A stretch of DNA of 32,000 nt from [Clostridium] innocuum. Lineage in GTDB: Bacteria; Bacillota_I; Bacilli_A; Erysipelotrichales; Erysipelotrichaceae. Of the stretch, positions 1 through 8,908 are shown one piece after another. The stretch's first letter is position 1, and each line of letters opens with the position of its first letter. The notes beneath the pieces are model-generated. The model did no database searches, had not been told where the DNA came from, and was given only the letters and a program-made list of their open reading frames with translations. The stretch lies in NCBI RefSeq assembly GCF_012317185.1, contig NZ_CP048838.1; one strand, written 5' to 3'. The translations under genes were made by a program, and so were the position numbers.

Positions 1-86
1 TTTGAAGACCATTGAGTAGCAGATATTGAGAGAGTTGTCGTTAAAGCAACAACTAAGGTGAAAAAGCATACAAAAATTTTTTTCAT
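1..86 (-). CDS. N-terminal fragment of an exported protein (signal peptide); the gene continues off the left edge
   Basis: The reverse strand reads AAAGGGTGG-tact-ATG, then MKKIFVCFFTLVVALTTTLSISATQWSS, a typical basic-hydrophobic signal peptide. It is open to the window edge and absent from the ORF track because it is partial. Confidence 0.45.
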   Translation of the reverse strand, partial: MKKIFVCFFTLVVALTTTLSISATQWSS

Positions 87-99
87 AGTACCACCCTTT

Positions 100-545
100 C
101 TTTAGTTAATTATAACATGTTATCACCTTGTTTACAAGCTCGTATCATATTGTTTACCCCCAAATATAAAAGAAAAGTGTTTTATGGAGAAAAGAGGCTG
201 GAAATTGGAGTTATATTAAGATAATTATGTGATTGGAAGGGGGAAAAATAATAACAGCAGAAGTATGTCCAGATCATGTACATATGCTAGTGGAAATACC
301 GCCGAAAATGACAGTATCAGGATTCATGGGATTTCTGAAGGGGAAAAGCAGTATTATGATATATCAGAAATGGAGAAGCATGAAATACAATTATAGAAAC
401 AGATCATTCTTGTGTAGAGGAATACAGTAGGAAAAATGACAAAGTAATCAAAGCATGTATAGAGCAGCGACTGAAAGAAGATGAATTGAGTGAACAATAG
501 ATTCTCCATATAGAGGACTCGTTTACAGGTAATCGTAAATAGAAA
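100..545 (+). pseudogene. tnpA: IS200/IS605-family Y1 (HUH) transposase TnpA, decayed
   Basis: Pieces in three frames read YHIV / FTPKYKRKVFYGEKRLEIGVILR* / LEGGKIITAEVCPDHVHMLVEIPPKMTVSGFMGFLKGKSSIMIYQKW..NYRNRSFLCRG / VIKACIEQRLKEDELSEQ. These are the HUH motif and overall IS200 TnpA layout, broken by an in-frame TAA at 222 and several frameshifts. Confidence 0.75.
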
Positions 546-956
546 TGCAAATACGTATTGTTATGCTGGAAAGCGTAGCTTGAATTTGAGCTCCTTGGGG
601 CGATTACGTAAAAACACCAGCTATGCTAGTGGATATTTATTCTTTTATTGTATCTTGATTATGATAATATTCAAGCAATTACCGTCATTCTTAACTATCA
701 TATAAAAAGCATATACTTTTGATTCCTCTACAAAGATGAATTAATTATATTCAACATTCATTTCAGAATTAAGTATACTTACGCTTACTTATGGCAAGTC
801 TGTTAAAGCTTGCGACAGACCGTAAGCTGCTCGTCAGCGCGGGAAGCGGCTTCTATAATATGGAAGGAAACACACGCATCGGAAGATGCAACTGTCCAAA
901 GGAGGCAGAAGGCTTAATCGATATGATGCTGCATGCACGTATGTAAGAAGATAAGA

Positions 957-995
957 ACAGACAGAAGCCATACAAGCCGGTTTCTGTCTTTTTTC
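957..995 (+). terminator. Rho-independent terminator
   Basis: An 11-bp stem (agacagaagcc 959-969 with ggtttctgtct 979-989), a 9-nt loop and a T6 run at 990-995. Confidence 0.7.
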
Positions 996-1256
996 AGCTG
1001 CGTTGCAAAGCTGCCTACATCATAAGGGCGTATCCCTGCTTTATGATGAAAAGAAGTACCCTATATCGACTTAAGAATGCTTAAGCATTTCATCCTATAC
1101 AAGCTGTACGATATATGCTATAAATAATGCAGATGCATCCGTTTACCGGTATGGAAAACCATCGGATTCACGGCAATTTCCTGCTCCTCCTCATCGGATA
1201 AAGGCAATTTACACATTTATCATTATCGTGCACACGATACAGGAAAGGGGTATTCA

Positions 1257-1583
1257 ATGAACCTATATCTTACAGATTTCAACCAAAATGCCACGCTGAT
1301 ACCTATTTTTATGCACGGACTGGCGATTTCCATCATGCTGACAGTGGGGACGCTTTCCATGCTGAAAAAGAAGAAGGTATGCGACAAACGCTATTTCATC
1401 TGGGGGCGGATGAACCACATAGCATGTGCTGTGCTTCTGATCTGGATCATAACGACAAAGGGATATGGTCGGCCGCTGGAATTTTTATTCCTTATCAGTT
1501 TTGTCCTGCTCCTGTATCTGCTGCTGTTGATCACCCTGATTGTTAATTGTTTAAAAATCAGGCACAGAGGGTCAGCTTCATGA
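1257..1583 (+). CDS. small multi-pass membrane protein, function unknown
   Basis: A 108-aa ORF with a GAAAGGGG RBS 6 nt upstream and three hydrophobic segments. Confidence 0.55.
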   Translation: MNLYLTDFNQNATLIPIFMHGLAISIMLTVGTLSMLKKKKVCDKRYFIWGRMNHIACAVLLIWIITTKGYGRPLEFLFLISFVLLLYLLLLITLIVNCLKIRHRGSAS

Positions 1584-1750
1584 GCTTGCAAGACGGTCTG
1601 TTAAAGACTGTAAGGTCTGCATATCGTAGAACGGTATGTGTTGGGAATACACGACAGTAAGGATATATGATACAATAGCGCTGGATGCATACAGCTGCAG
1701 AAGCTGTACTACACAAAAAGACAATAGAACATAAAGAAAAGAGGTATACT

Positions 1751-2071
1751 ATGGAAACAGCAATCGAAAGAGTAAGAGCTTTTGTAAAGGATCGCGATTG
1801 GGATCAGTTTCATACGCCGGATAATCTGGCAAAATCCATCTGCATAGAGGCAGGGGAGCTGCTGGAATGCTTTCAGTGGGATCCGGAGAAATATGAACAT
1901 CGCGCGGTGTGTGAGGAGCTTGCGGATGTGATGATTTACTGTATGCAGCTCGCGGATAAGCTGCAGGTGAATATGGAAGACATCATTCTGGATAAAATGG
2001 AAAAGAATGAAAAGAAGTATCCTGTGGAAAAAGCCAGAGGAAATGCAGCGAAGTATGACGCATATGAATAA
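1751..2071 (+). CDS. MazG-like nucleotide pyrophosphohydrolase (small all-alpha NTP-PPase)
   Basis: Motifs DWDQFHTP, EAGELLECFQW and EELADVMIYCMQLA. I chose the internal ATG at 1751 because it follows AAGAGG. The 1685 start adds 22 non-conserved residues. Confidence 0.8.
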   Translation: METAIERVRAFVKDRDWDQFHTPDNLAKSICIEAGELLECFQWDPEKYEHRAVCEELADVMIYCMQLADKLQVNMEDIILDKMEKNEKKYPVEKARGNAAKYDAYE

Positions 2072-2084
2072 ACAGGAGGCAGCT

Positions 2085-2915
2085 ATGAAAAAACTGTATA
2101 TTTCTGCGGATATCGAAGGAATCTGGGGAAACGGGGCCTTTGCACATACTGCGAAGAATGGCACAGAGTATGAGGAATACCGCACGAATATGATTTCGGA
2201 GGTAAACCTGTTGATTGATAAGCTGTTTACGGCAGGAGCTGAGGAAGTCGTGGTGAATGACGGTCATGGCAATATGGATAATCTGAGCGCATCAAGACTG
2301 GACCCGCGTGCCTGTATGGTGGTAAGCAATGGTGCCTATAAGGAATATGGGATGATGGAGGGACTGGACGATACCTTTGACGGTGTATGCTTTGTCGGAT
2401 ATCATTGTCGCAGCAATACCCGCGGCGTCATGGCACACACGATATGGGGAACCTTGGTGAGAAGCATCCGCGTTGACGGCGAGGAAATGGGAGAGAGCGG
2501 CATCAATGCCCGACTTGCCTGGGAATATGGTGTTCCGATCGTGCTCATCAGCGGCGATGATCTGTTGAAGGAACAGCTGAAGGAGGAACTGCCGATGCCG
2601 TTTGCTTATGTGGAAACCAAGCGTGCAATCTCTTCCCAGTGTGCCCTTTCCTGCAGCTGGCAAATGCTGGAGGAACGCTATGAGCGTGCCGTTTCATCCA
2701 TGGAAGCACATTGTGGACAAGCGCCTGTCTATGCCAAAAAACCACATTGTGTGGATATCACCTTTCATCATGAACGCAATGCCGATTTTGTTTCCCGCAT
2801 GGACGGCGTGACACGGATATCGGATTGCACGGTACGCATACAGAAGGACAGCTATGATGAAGTATACCGGTATCTTCGCTTTGTTATAAAAATAAGCAAT
2901 GCATTTGCCGCATAA
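2085..2915 (+). CDS. M55-family D-aminopeptidase (DppA-like)
   Basis: MKKLYISADIEGIWG, VVNDGHGNMDNL and GYHCRSNTRGVMAHT are DppA/M55 signatures. An AGGAGG RBS precedes the ATG at 2085. Confidence 0.8.
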   Translation: MKKLYISADIEGIWGNGAFAHTAKNGTEYEEYRTNMISEVNLLIDKLFTAGAEEVVVNDGHGNMDNLSASRLDPRACMVVSNGAYKEYGMMEGLDDTFDGVCFVGYHCRSNTRGVMAHTIWGTLVRSIRVDGEEMGESGINARLAWEYGVPIVLISGDDLLKEQLKEELPMPFAYVETKRAISSQCALSCSWQMLEERYERAVSSMEAHCGQAPVYAKKPHCVDITFHHERNADFVSRMDGVTRISDCTVRIQKDSYDEVYRYLRFVIKISNAFAA

Positions 2916-2938
2916 AAGCAGAGAAAGCAGGTGAAGCC

Positions 2939-3529
2939 ATGAAGCAGATGCATATTCTGGATCAGATGAAACCGGAGGAGGTCGCAGAGCTGAAGGCGCA
3001 GTCTGTCACGAAAACGTTTCAGCGCCGGGAAATCATTTTCCATAAGGAAGACACGCCCAAATATTTGTATGTATTGCTGGAGGGTGCGGTTTGTGTTTTT
3101 GATGATACACCGGACGGTACCCGCAATATTCTGACCATCATACGGGAGCCGATGGACTGCTTTGCAGAGGTTTATCTGTTTATTGATGAAAAGCTTCCCT
3201 TTTCTGCGGAAGCGATGAAGAAAAGCACGGTGCTTATGATTCCCCGCAGTGTGCTGCACCGGTTTCCCCGAATCAGCCGGAATCTGAATGTCATGCTTTC
3301 ACAAAAAGCATATACGCTGTCACAGAAGCTGAAGCTGTTAATGAAGGACAGCCTGCGTGAAAAAATCATGGAATATATGCAGCAGCATCCCGATGTCCTG
3401 TTGAAGCGCCATGAGCTGGCAAGCTTTCTCGGTGTCAGCCGACCGGCTCTTTCCAGAGAGCTGTATCGCATGGTGGATGACGGACTTCTGGTTCTTGATG
3501 AGCATGGAAACTTTAAAACGGTAATATAG
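2939..3529 (+). CDS. Crp/Fnr-family transcriptional regulator (candidate HcpR-type)
   Basis: An N-terminal cNMP-binding beta-roll (YLYVLLEGAV..) and a C-terminal HTH (LASFLGVSRPALSRELYRMVDDGLL). It sits directly upstream of the hcp cluster. Confidence 0.85.
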   Translation: MKQMHILDQMKPEEVAELKAQSVTKTFQRREIIFHKEDTPKYLYVLLEGAVCVFDDTPDGTRNILTIIREPMDCFAEVYLFIDEKLPFSAEAMKKSTVLMIPRSVLHRFPRISRNLNVMLSQKAYTLSQKLKLLMKDSLREKIMEYMQQHPDVLLKRHELASFLGVSRPALSRELYRMVDDGLLVLDEHGNFKTVI

Positions 3530-3562
3530 ATTACCGCTTTTTTTCTGTCTGCGCGATATACT
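3520..3562 (+). promoter_or_regulatory. Perfect palindrome GGTAAT-N4-ATTACC (3520-3535) plus a candidate -10 TATACT (3557-3562). Either a Crp/Fnr class II site, or the terminator of the regulator gene, or both.
   Basis: The 6-4-6 palindrome overlaps the regulator's stop codon and is followed by a T-run. Its centre at 3527.5 lies about 41.5 bp from a TSS predicted 7 nt after the -10 box. Confidence 0.4.
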
Positions 3563-3589
3563 TGCTTCGTAAGCAAGGAGGCGATATCT

Positions 3590-3892
3590 GTGAAAACAGA
3601 AACAATACAGGAAATGGCAGGAATGCAGGACGGTGCTATCGTGTCGAAAGTACTGACGCAAAACGGAAGCACAACGCTGTTTGCACTGGCTCAGGGAGAG
3701 GAAATCCAGGAACATACGAGTACGCGGGCAGCGCTGGCAATCGTATTGGAGGGACGTATTATATTCACCGTTGATGGAGAAGAAAAGGAAATACAGGGTA
3801 TGGAGGCAGTTCATCTTCCGGCATCTGTTGTACATGCCCTGCGTGCAGACACAAACAGCCGTATGCTGCTGATACAGAAGGGAGAGCGGTAA
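3590..3892 (+). CDS. cupin-domain protein
   Basis: A GTG start 7 nt after AAGGAGG. The small beta-barrel pattern ([35 protein letters not shown]) is typical of cupin_2. Confidence 0.7.
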   Translation: MKTETIQEMAGMQDGAIVSKVLTQNGSTTLFALAQGEEIQEHTSTRAALAIVLEGRIIFTVDGEEKEIQGMEAVHLPASVVHALRADTNSRMLLIQKGER

Positions 3893-3893
3893 T

Positions 3894-5615
3894 ATGGAAG
3901 AAATGTTTTGCTTTCAGTGCCAGGAAACGATGAACGAGACGGCATGTACCGTACAGGGCATGTGCGGGAAAAGTGCAGCGTGCGCCAATCTGCAGGATGC
4001 CTTGATACGGGCAAGTCAGTATGCCGCATTATATGATACAGCATCGGACGAACAGCTTATGAACAATCTGTTCATGACGATAACGAATGCTAACTTTTCC
4101 ACAGCGGATATCCGCAGGGCGATTGAAAAAACATATACCGGAAAATCTGTGGAGGAGCTGACACGGGAGGGATGCCTGAAGAACCGGAAAGAGACTGTGC
4201 GTTCCTTGCAGGAGCTTATTTTGTACGGACTGAAGGGGCTGTGCGCCTATCTGTCGCATGCAGCTGTGCTGGGATTCCGGAAAGCTGAGCTGAGCAGCTT
4301 TGTCCGCAGCACCCTTGTATATTTGCTGGAGGATCACGAACAAAAGGAGTATCTGACATTGCTTGATAAGACCGGCGAGATGGGTGTACAGGCCATGGCA
4401 CTGCTGGATGAAGCAAACACAGCCACCTATGGTCAGCCGGAAATCACCACGGTATCTCTGGAAACAGGAAGCCGTCCGGGTATTCTGGTATCCGGACATG
4501 ATCTGCATGACTTAAAGGAGCTGCTGGAACAGTCACGCTCACAGGGAATCGATATTTATACACATGGGGAAATGCTGCCGGCGCATTCTTATCCGGAATT
4601 TAAGAAATATGAGCATTTCAAAGGGAATTACGGAAATGCGTGGTGGAGACAGAATGAGGAATTTGAAGCATTCAACGGGCCGATTCTGATGACAACCAAC
4701 TGCATCATTCCGGTAAAGGACAGCTACAGGCAGCGCATCTTTACAACCGGTGTTGTCGGATATGACGGACTTGAGCATATAGAAGCAGTGAATGGAAGGA
4801 AGGACTTCCGCTGTATTATCGAACTGGCGAAACACTGTCCTGCACCGCAGCAGCTGGAAACAGGAAGTGTAACCGGCGGCTTTGCACATGCACAGGTCAT
4901 GGCGTTACAGGATCAAATCGTGGAAGCCGTAAAAAACGGGGATATCCGGCAGTTTATCGTTATGGCAGGCTGTGATGGACGGCATGCCTCCAGAAGCTAC
5001 TATACTGATTTCGCCAGAGCACTTCCAAAGGATACGGTGATTCTGACTGCCGGATGTGCAAAATACCGTTATCTGAAGCTTGATCTGGGAATGATCAACG
5101 GGATTCCCCGTGTGCTGGATGCGGGACAGTGCAATGATTCCTATTCTCTGGTACTGATTGCAGAAGCACTGAAGGAGGCCTTTGGCTTACAGGATATCAA
5201 TGAGCTGCCAATCCTCTATAACATTGCATGGTATGAGCAGAAGGCGGTCATCGTATTGCTGGCACTGCTGCATCTGGGTGTGAAGAATATCCATCTGGGG
5301 CCAACGCTGCCTGCCTTTTTGAGTCCTGAAGTTGTACAGTGGCTAAAGGAGAGCTATGGAATCAAAACGATTCAGGAGGTTGAAAAAGATATGGAGAATT
5401 TCGGTATTACGAAACGTGAACCATCCTATGGAGATATGACGATGGCTGAGCTGTTGAAGCTGGATGAGGGGATGGAGGATGTGCTGTATGAAGCAGGCTT
5501 TCACTGTCTGGGATGTCCAAGCGCTCAGCTTGAATCCTTACGCGATGCCTGTGAGCTGCATGCCCTGAACGTTGATGAGGTGTGCGCAGCCATACGGGAG
5601 TACCGTCATGAGTAA
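3894..5615 (+). CDS. hcp: hybrid-cluster protein / hydroxylamine reductase with a C-terminal DUF1858-like (HCP-associated redox-disulfide) domain
   Basis: The N-terminus [11 protein letters not shown] has Cx2Cx8Cx5C spacing and the body is Hcp-like throughout. About 65 extra C-terminal residues ([49 protein letters not shown]) match the DUF1858 pattern. Confidence 0.93.
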   Translation: MEEMFCFQCQETMNETACTVQGMCGKSAACANLQDALIRASQYAALYDTASDEQLMNNLFMTITNANFSTADIRRAIEKTYTGKSVEELTREGCLKNRKETVRSLQELILYGLKGLCAYLSHAAVLGFRKAELSSFVRSTLVYLLEDHEQKEYLTLLDKTGEMGVQAMALLDEANTATYGQPEITTVSLETGSRPGILVSGHDLHDLKELLEQSRSQGIDIYTHGEMLPAHSYPEFKKYEHFKGNYGNAWWRQNEEFEAFNGPILMTTNCIIPVKDSYRQRIFTTGVVGYDGLEHIEAVNGRKDFRCIIELAKHCPAPQQLETGSVTGGFAHAQVMALQDQIVEAVKNGDIRQFIVMAGCDGRHASRSYYTDFARALPKDTVILTAGCAKYRYLKLDLGMINGIPRVLDAGQCNDSYSLVLIAEALKEAFGLQDINELPILYNIAWYEQKAVIVLLALLHLGVKNIHLGPTLPAFLSPEVVQWLKESYGIKTIQEVEKDMENFGITKREPSYGDMTMAELLKLDEGMEDVLYEAGFHCLGCPSAQLESLRDACELHALNVDEVCAAIREYRHE

Positions 5616-6666
5616 GCGGCTGGGAGGAATTCATCAGCTGCTGTATAAGCGCATCTGTTTTCTAAGCGAATGGAATGAAGCCTTGTGCAGTGCGTTGCAC
5701 AGGGAACAGAAGCATCGCTGTCACAGGCTGCAGCTGACAGATCTGATTGATGAAACCAACATTCATGAAAGCCTGCAGGAAATAATGAAAGAGGTACAGC
5801 GCGAGCATGCTGCGTTAAGTGAGCGTCTTGTCCATGCGCAGGGAAAAGAGGCTGCTGCGCAGGTGATTGCAGGCTTTGGACAGCGGCATACAGTGGATGG
5901 CGATCTGACACAGCTGCTGAAGCAGATCGAAGCACTGTTTCTACATGGAATGCCCTGTGAACGTAACCTGATCATGGAAGTGCAGGATGATACACATGCA
6001 CGTATTGTATGGAAGAATGATTCCCAGCTGCAGTATTACCAAAATCCTTCCTTATGGCTGTGGGAGCGGGAACAGCTGCTTCAAAAAATGCTTCCGGCAG
6101 GCTATGTATATGAGGAGTATGCAAAGGAAGCAGTTTTATATAAAGATGCTGTGTCCCGTACATGGGTGGAACAGCTGGAATATGAGCATGAAATGATTTC
6201 ACACCTGCTGGCTGCCATGCAGGAATACTCGCTATCCATACTGCGGACAAAGCAGGTGGACAGAGAATGGCTGAAAAACTGTCTTGATTATCTACAGGAA
6301 TATGCGGATGTCTTTCATCATCAGAAGGAGGAGGAGCTGGTGTTCAGCCGTTTGAAGCAGGCAAGTCCGCAGGGGAAACTCCTTGTCGAACAGGGAATGC
6401 TTGTGGAGCATGATCTCGCAAGATATTACATCCGCTCCATGAAGAAGCTGCTAAAGAAGGATGTCACTGAGGAGGTCTGTGTACGTCTGATCGGTTTCAT
6501 TCAGGCATATATTGATCTGCTTGAACGTCATATTGAAAAGGAAAACAGTGTGGCGTATCCCTATGCGGTGCGTAAGCTTGCGATGGATGAGATTCAGAAA
6601 GCGTTCGATGCACATGGTGAGTATGAGCGGATGGAGGAGTTAAGGGAGTTCTTGAAGCTGTCCTGA
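5608..6666 (+). CDS. hemerythrin (HHE cation-binding) domain protein with an unrecognised N-terminal half
   Basis: The ATG at 5608 follows GGGAG and overlaps the hcp stop (ATGAGTAA). The C-terminal half carries [29 protein letters not shown] and [13 protein letters not shown]. Confidence 0.75.
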   Translation: MSKRLGGIHQLLYKRICFLSEWNEALCSALHREQKHRCHRLQLTDLIDETNIHESLQEIMKEVQREHAALSERLVHAQGKEAAAQVIAGFGQRHTVDGDLTQLLKQIEALFLHGMPCERNLIMEVQDDTHARIVWKNDSQLQYYQNPSLWLWEREQLLQKMLPAGYVYEEYAKEAVLYKDAVSRTWVEQLEYEHEMISHLLAAMQEYSLSILRTKQVDREWLKNCLDYLQEYADVFHHQKEEELVFSRLKQASPQGKLLVEQGMLVEHDLARYYIRSMKKLLKKDVTEEVCVRLIGFIQAYIDLLERHIEKENSVAYPYAVRKLAMDEIQKAFDAHGEYERMEELREFLKLS

Positions 6667-6712
6667 TGGATGCATAGCTACATCTGATTTCCTGTCATAG
6701 AGAAAAAGAAAA

Positions 6713-6786
6713 CCTTTCTACAGGTGTAAGGACACGGGCAATGAAGTTCTTCACAGCGGTGTTGATATCCGGTAGAAAGGCTTTTT
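6713..6786. terminator. Candidate bidirectional terminator between convergent genes
   Basis: cctttctac (6713-6721) pairs with gtagaaagg (6772-6780), and T-runs lie on both strands. The loop is long (about 50 nt), so confidence is modest. Confidence 0.4.
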
Positions 6787-6798
6787 CTATACAGGTGC

Positions 6799-7038
6799 TT
6801 ATTCCAGAGAGCCTGACGTATCTGCTTTATGCTTCAGGTACAGCTGCTTCAGCTCCTTCTGATAAAACAGCAGAAGGAAGATGAGGGTCGCAAGACCTCC
6901 CCTGAGGAGATAAAGCAGGGCGGTTTTATTGTCATTGTAAAAGATAAACAGTACGGCTCCGCAGGTCATTTGATAGCCTGTTAGGATGAGGGATGCAATC
7001 ATAAGCGCAATGCTTCCATACCTTATATATGCTTTCAT
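6799..7038 (-). CDS. small membrane protein (2-3 TM)
   Basis: A 79-aa hydrophobic ORF 15 nt downstream of the Asp-box gene on the same strand. Confidence 0.5.
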   Translation of the reverse strand: MKAYIRYGSIALMIASLILTGYQMTCGAVLFIFYNDNKTALLYLLRGGLATLIFLLLFYQKELKQLYLKHKADTSGSLE

Positions 7039-7052
7039 ATCGGTTCTCCTAT

Positions 7053-8306
7053 CTAACCTGCCAGTGTCGGCGAGTCACTGATTTCTTTATCGAAGGTAAA
7101 ATTGATGCCGTCCTTTGATTTATAGCGTCCTTTGACAAGAGCATTATTCTTTATATAATCGCCGTCTGTACCCTGAGCGACGATCATATAGGTTATTCCC
7201 TTCTCCTGATAAACATATTCCATCTGAACGAATGGCTTGAAGCTGCTGCCCAATATCTCCACCTCATGAGCAGGGATTGTCAGTGTGGTATACGTATTTC
7301 CATCATCCTTTGTATAGTATACAAGCGGATTTCCCTGTTCATCCGTTCCGGCGCCGATGTAGGCAGTTTCATCGGAAAGAAAGATAATGTCTCTTTTCTC
7401 ATTCAATACTTTACCAGACAGCTGCTTCCAGGTTTTTAAATCGCTGCTTTTAAACGTGCTGTAATACTCATGACCGAGTGAACGATCTGTCGCCAGTGTG
7501 ATATAGCAGCTGTTTTCCGTTTTTGACAGATAAAGCGTATCTCCGCGATAGGTTCTTGAAATAATTCTGCTTTTTTCCCATGTCTTTCCCATATCTTCAC
7601 TGTATTGCAGGTAGCTTCCGGTTTCGTCATAACAGACAAAGGCAGTAAAGTCCCTGCTTACAATATATCCATGTGCGGGAAGCAGTTCATTGTAGGTACT
7701 GTTATTTGTACCTGCGATATCCTCATAGGGTACCGGAACCTCGGTAAAGCTTTTCCCTGCATCATAGGTGACATACAGCTGATTTTGAGAGAATGCATAG
7801 GTTTCCTTCCTGTCAGCCATCGCGTAATGCGTGGTTGGCGGTTTGCGCAGGGAAGGGTCTGTCTGGATTTGATACTGTACCGGTGACATTTTGTTTTTTA
7901 CAGTATATCCATTCAATGTTTTCTCAAGCTGTAATACAACCTGCGCTACATACCAGCCGTTCTCCTGCAAGGCGGCGGTATAGTAGGATGTGACATAAGG
8001 GTTATCGCTTGCGGGCCTGAATTCATAATCGAGCTGTACAAAGCCCTCTTCCTTATTTAAGACTTCAATGGTTTTTACTCTTTTATCCCTGATGCGGAAT
8101 TCAAAGGGGACAAAAGGTCCTTCATATTGCTTGAAAAACTCAGCAAACCATTGTTCGGTGACTTTCTTTACATCCGTGTTTTCCGTTTGTATGCTGCTGC
8201 CGATAATCGCTGTGGGATTGTATTGATTCCAGATACCGTACAGTACCATAGCGGATACCCCGCAGGCCATCAGCAGACACAGCAGCGCCAGTCCGATTTT
8301 CTTCAT
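7053..8306 (-). CDS. exported, probably lipid-anchored, BNR/Asp-box repeat beta-propeller protein
   Basis: Signal peptide MKKIGLALLCLLMACGVSA. Four Asp-box-like motifs are present: YDAGKSFTEV, SEDMGKTWEKS, KDDGNTYTTL and SKDGINFTF. Confidence 0.65.
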   Translation of the reverse strand: MKKIGLALLCLLMACGVSAMVLYGIWNQYNPTAIIGSSIQTENTDVKKVTEQWFAEFFKQYEGPFVPFEFRIRDKRVKTIEVLNKEEGFVQLDYEFRPASDNPYVTSYYTAALQENGWYVAQVVLQLEKTLNGYTVKNKMSPVQYQIQTDPSLRKPPTTHYAMADRKETYAFSQNQLYVTYDAGKSFTEVPVPYEDIAGTNNSTYNELLPAHGYIVSRDFTAFVCYDETGSYLQYSEDMGKTWEKSRIISRTYRGDTLYLSKTENSCYITLATDRSLGHEYYSTFKSSDLKTWKQLSGKVLNEKRDIIFLSDETAYIGAGTDEQGNPLVYYTKDDGNTYTTLTIPAHEVEILGSSFKPFVQMEYVYQEKGITYMIVAQGTDGDYIKNNALVKGRYKSKDGINFTFDKEISDSPTLAG

Positions 8307-8631
8307 GCTATGCACTTCCTTTTTTCATAGTATAGCACAGGTTGACAGCGATAGATACATGAAATATGATATGGCAAAATGCTATGATTTCCGGTTTCTT
8401 GAAAGTCATACACCTTTGTTGATGTATGCCCTTTTTGATGGCACACCCGTCGGGTATACAGCCATTTCCGTTATTTATCAATAAACGGAAAAGCAGTATG
8501 TTTTTCCTACGGTGATTTCGCAAACGGACAAACCTTGCAAATAGCTTTCTCTTTTTATAGAGACATGCGGCCCTGAGCGATGTTTCGGCTATGCATTATT
8601 GTGCGAAATCCTTTATTTTATGTATTTTTCC

Positions 8632-8660
8632 TTGTCTTTGCGGGAAGAATTCTATATAAT
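8632..8660 (+). promoter_or_regulatory. sigma-A type promoter of the metG leader
   Basis: TTGTCT (8632-8637), a 17-nt spacer, then TATAAT (8655-8660). Confidence 0.55.
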
Positions 8661-8664
8661 GATA

Positions 8665-8890
8665 CTGCAAAGGTAATGACAGGAAGAGTAGCTTTTATCC
8701 AAGGCGAAGAGAGAGAATGGCTGGTGTAAATTCTCATGAGGAAAAAGCGAACATGGCCCTGGAACCGTTTTTCTGAATAATTAGGAAGAACCGCAGGCCG
8801 GCGTTAACGGCAAATGAGGTGTACGTGTATGCGTGCATGAATAAAGGTGGTAACACGAAGCTTTCGTCCTTTGGCGGGGGCTTTTTCTTA
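8665..8890 (+). ncRNA. T-box riboswitch leader, Met (AUG) specifier
   Basis: AGAGAG motif at about 8708-8715. Specifier-like ctcAUGAgg at 8736-8738. UGGAACCG distal element. The T-box AAAGGTGGTAACACGAAGCTTTCGTCCTTT (8843-8872) gives an antiterminator with a UGGUA bulge. Alternative terminator: agctttcg pairs with cgggggct, followed by TTTTCTT. Confidence 0.8.
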
Positions 8891-8908
8891 TATAAGGAGG
8901 ATATGAAT

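Noticed and set aside
796-1628. A shared motif GTCTGTTAAAG...GTAAG at about 798-830 and about 1604-1628, flanking the 1257-1583 gene. I first read it as a repeated element or riboswitch-like motif.
   Set aside because: The exact match is only 11 nt, and on the order of 100 such chance 11-mer pairs are expected in 32 kb. The two copies do not fold alike.
3172-3835. Two reverse-strand ORFs of about 165 aa spanning the Crp/Fnr gene end, the intergenic region and the cupin gene.
   Set aside because: They overlap two well-supported plus-strand genes and cross the promoter/terminator region. No motifs or RBS.
5572-5607. Longer N-terminal extensions offered by the ORF track (5572 for the hemerythrin gene; likewise 1685, 2007, 18507, 21016, 21860, 27023, 14062, 20658 and 18061).
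   Set aside because: In each case an internal ATG preceded by a good Shine-Dalgarno sequence matches the conserved family N-terminus. The extensions overlap upstream genes or regulatory RNA.
8819-8908. The ORF-track start of metG at 8819 (MYVYACMNKGGNTKLSSFGGGFFLYKED...).
   Set aside because: These codons cover the T-box antiterminator and terminator. The ATG at 8909, with AAGGAGG 8 nt upstream, fits the conserved MetRS N-terminus.
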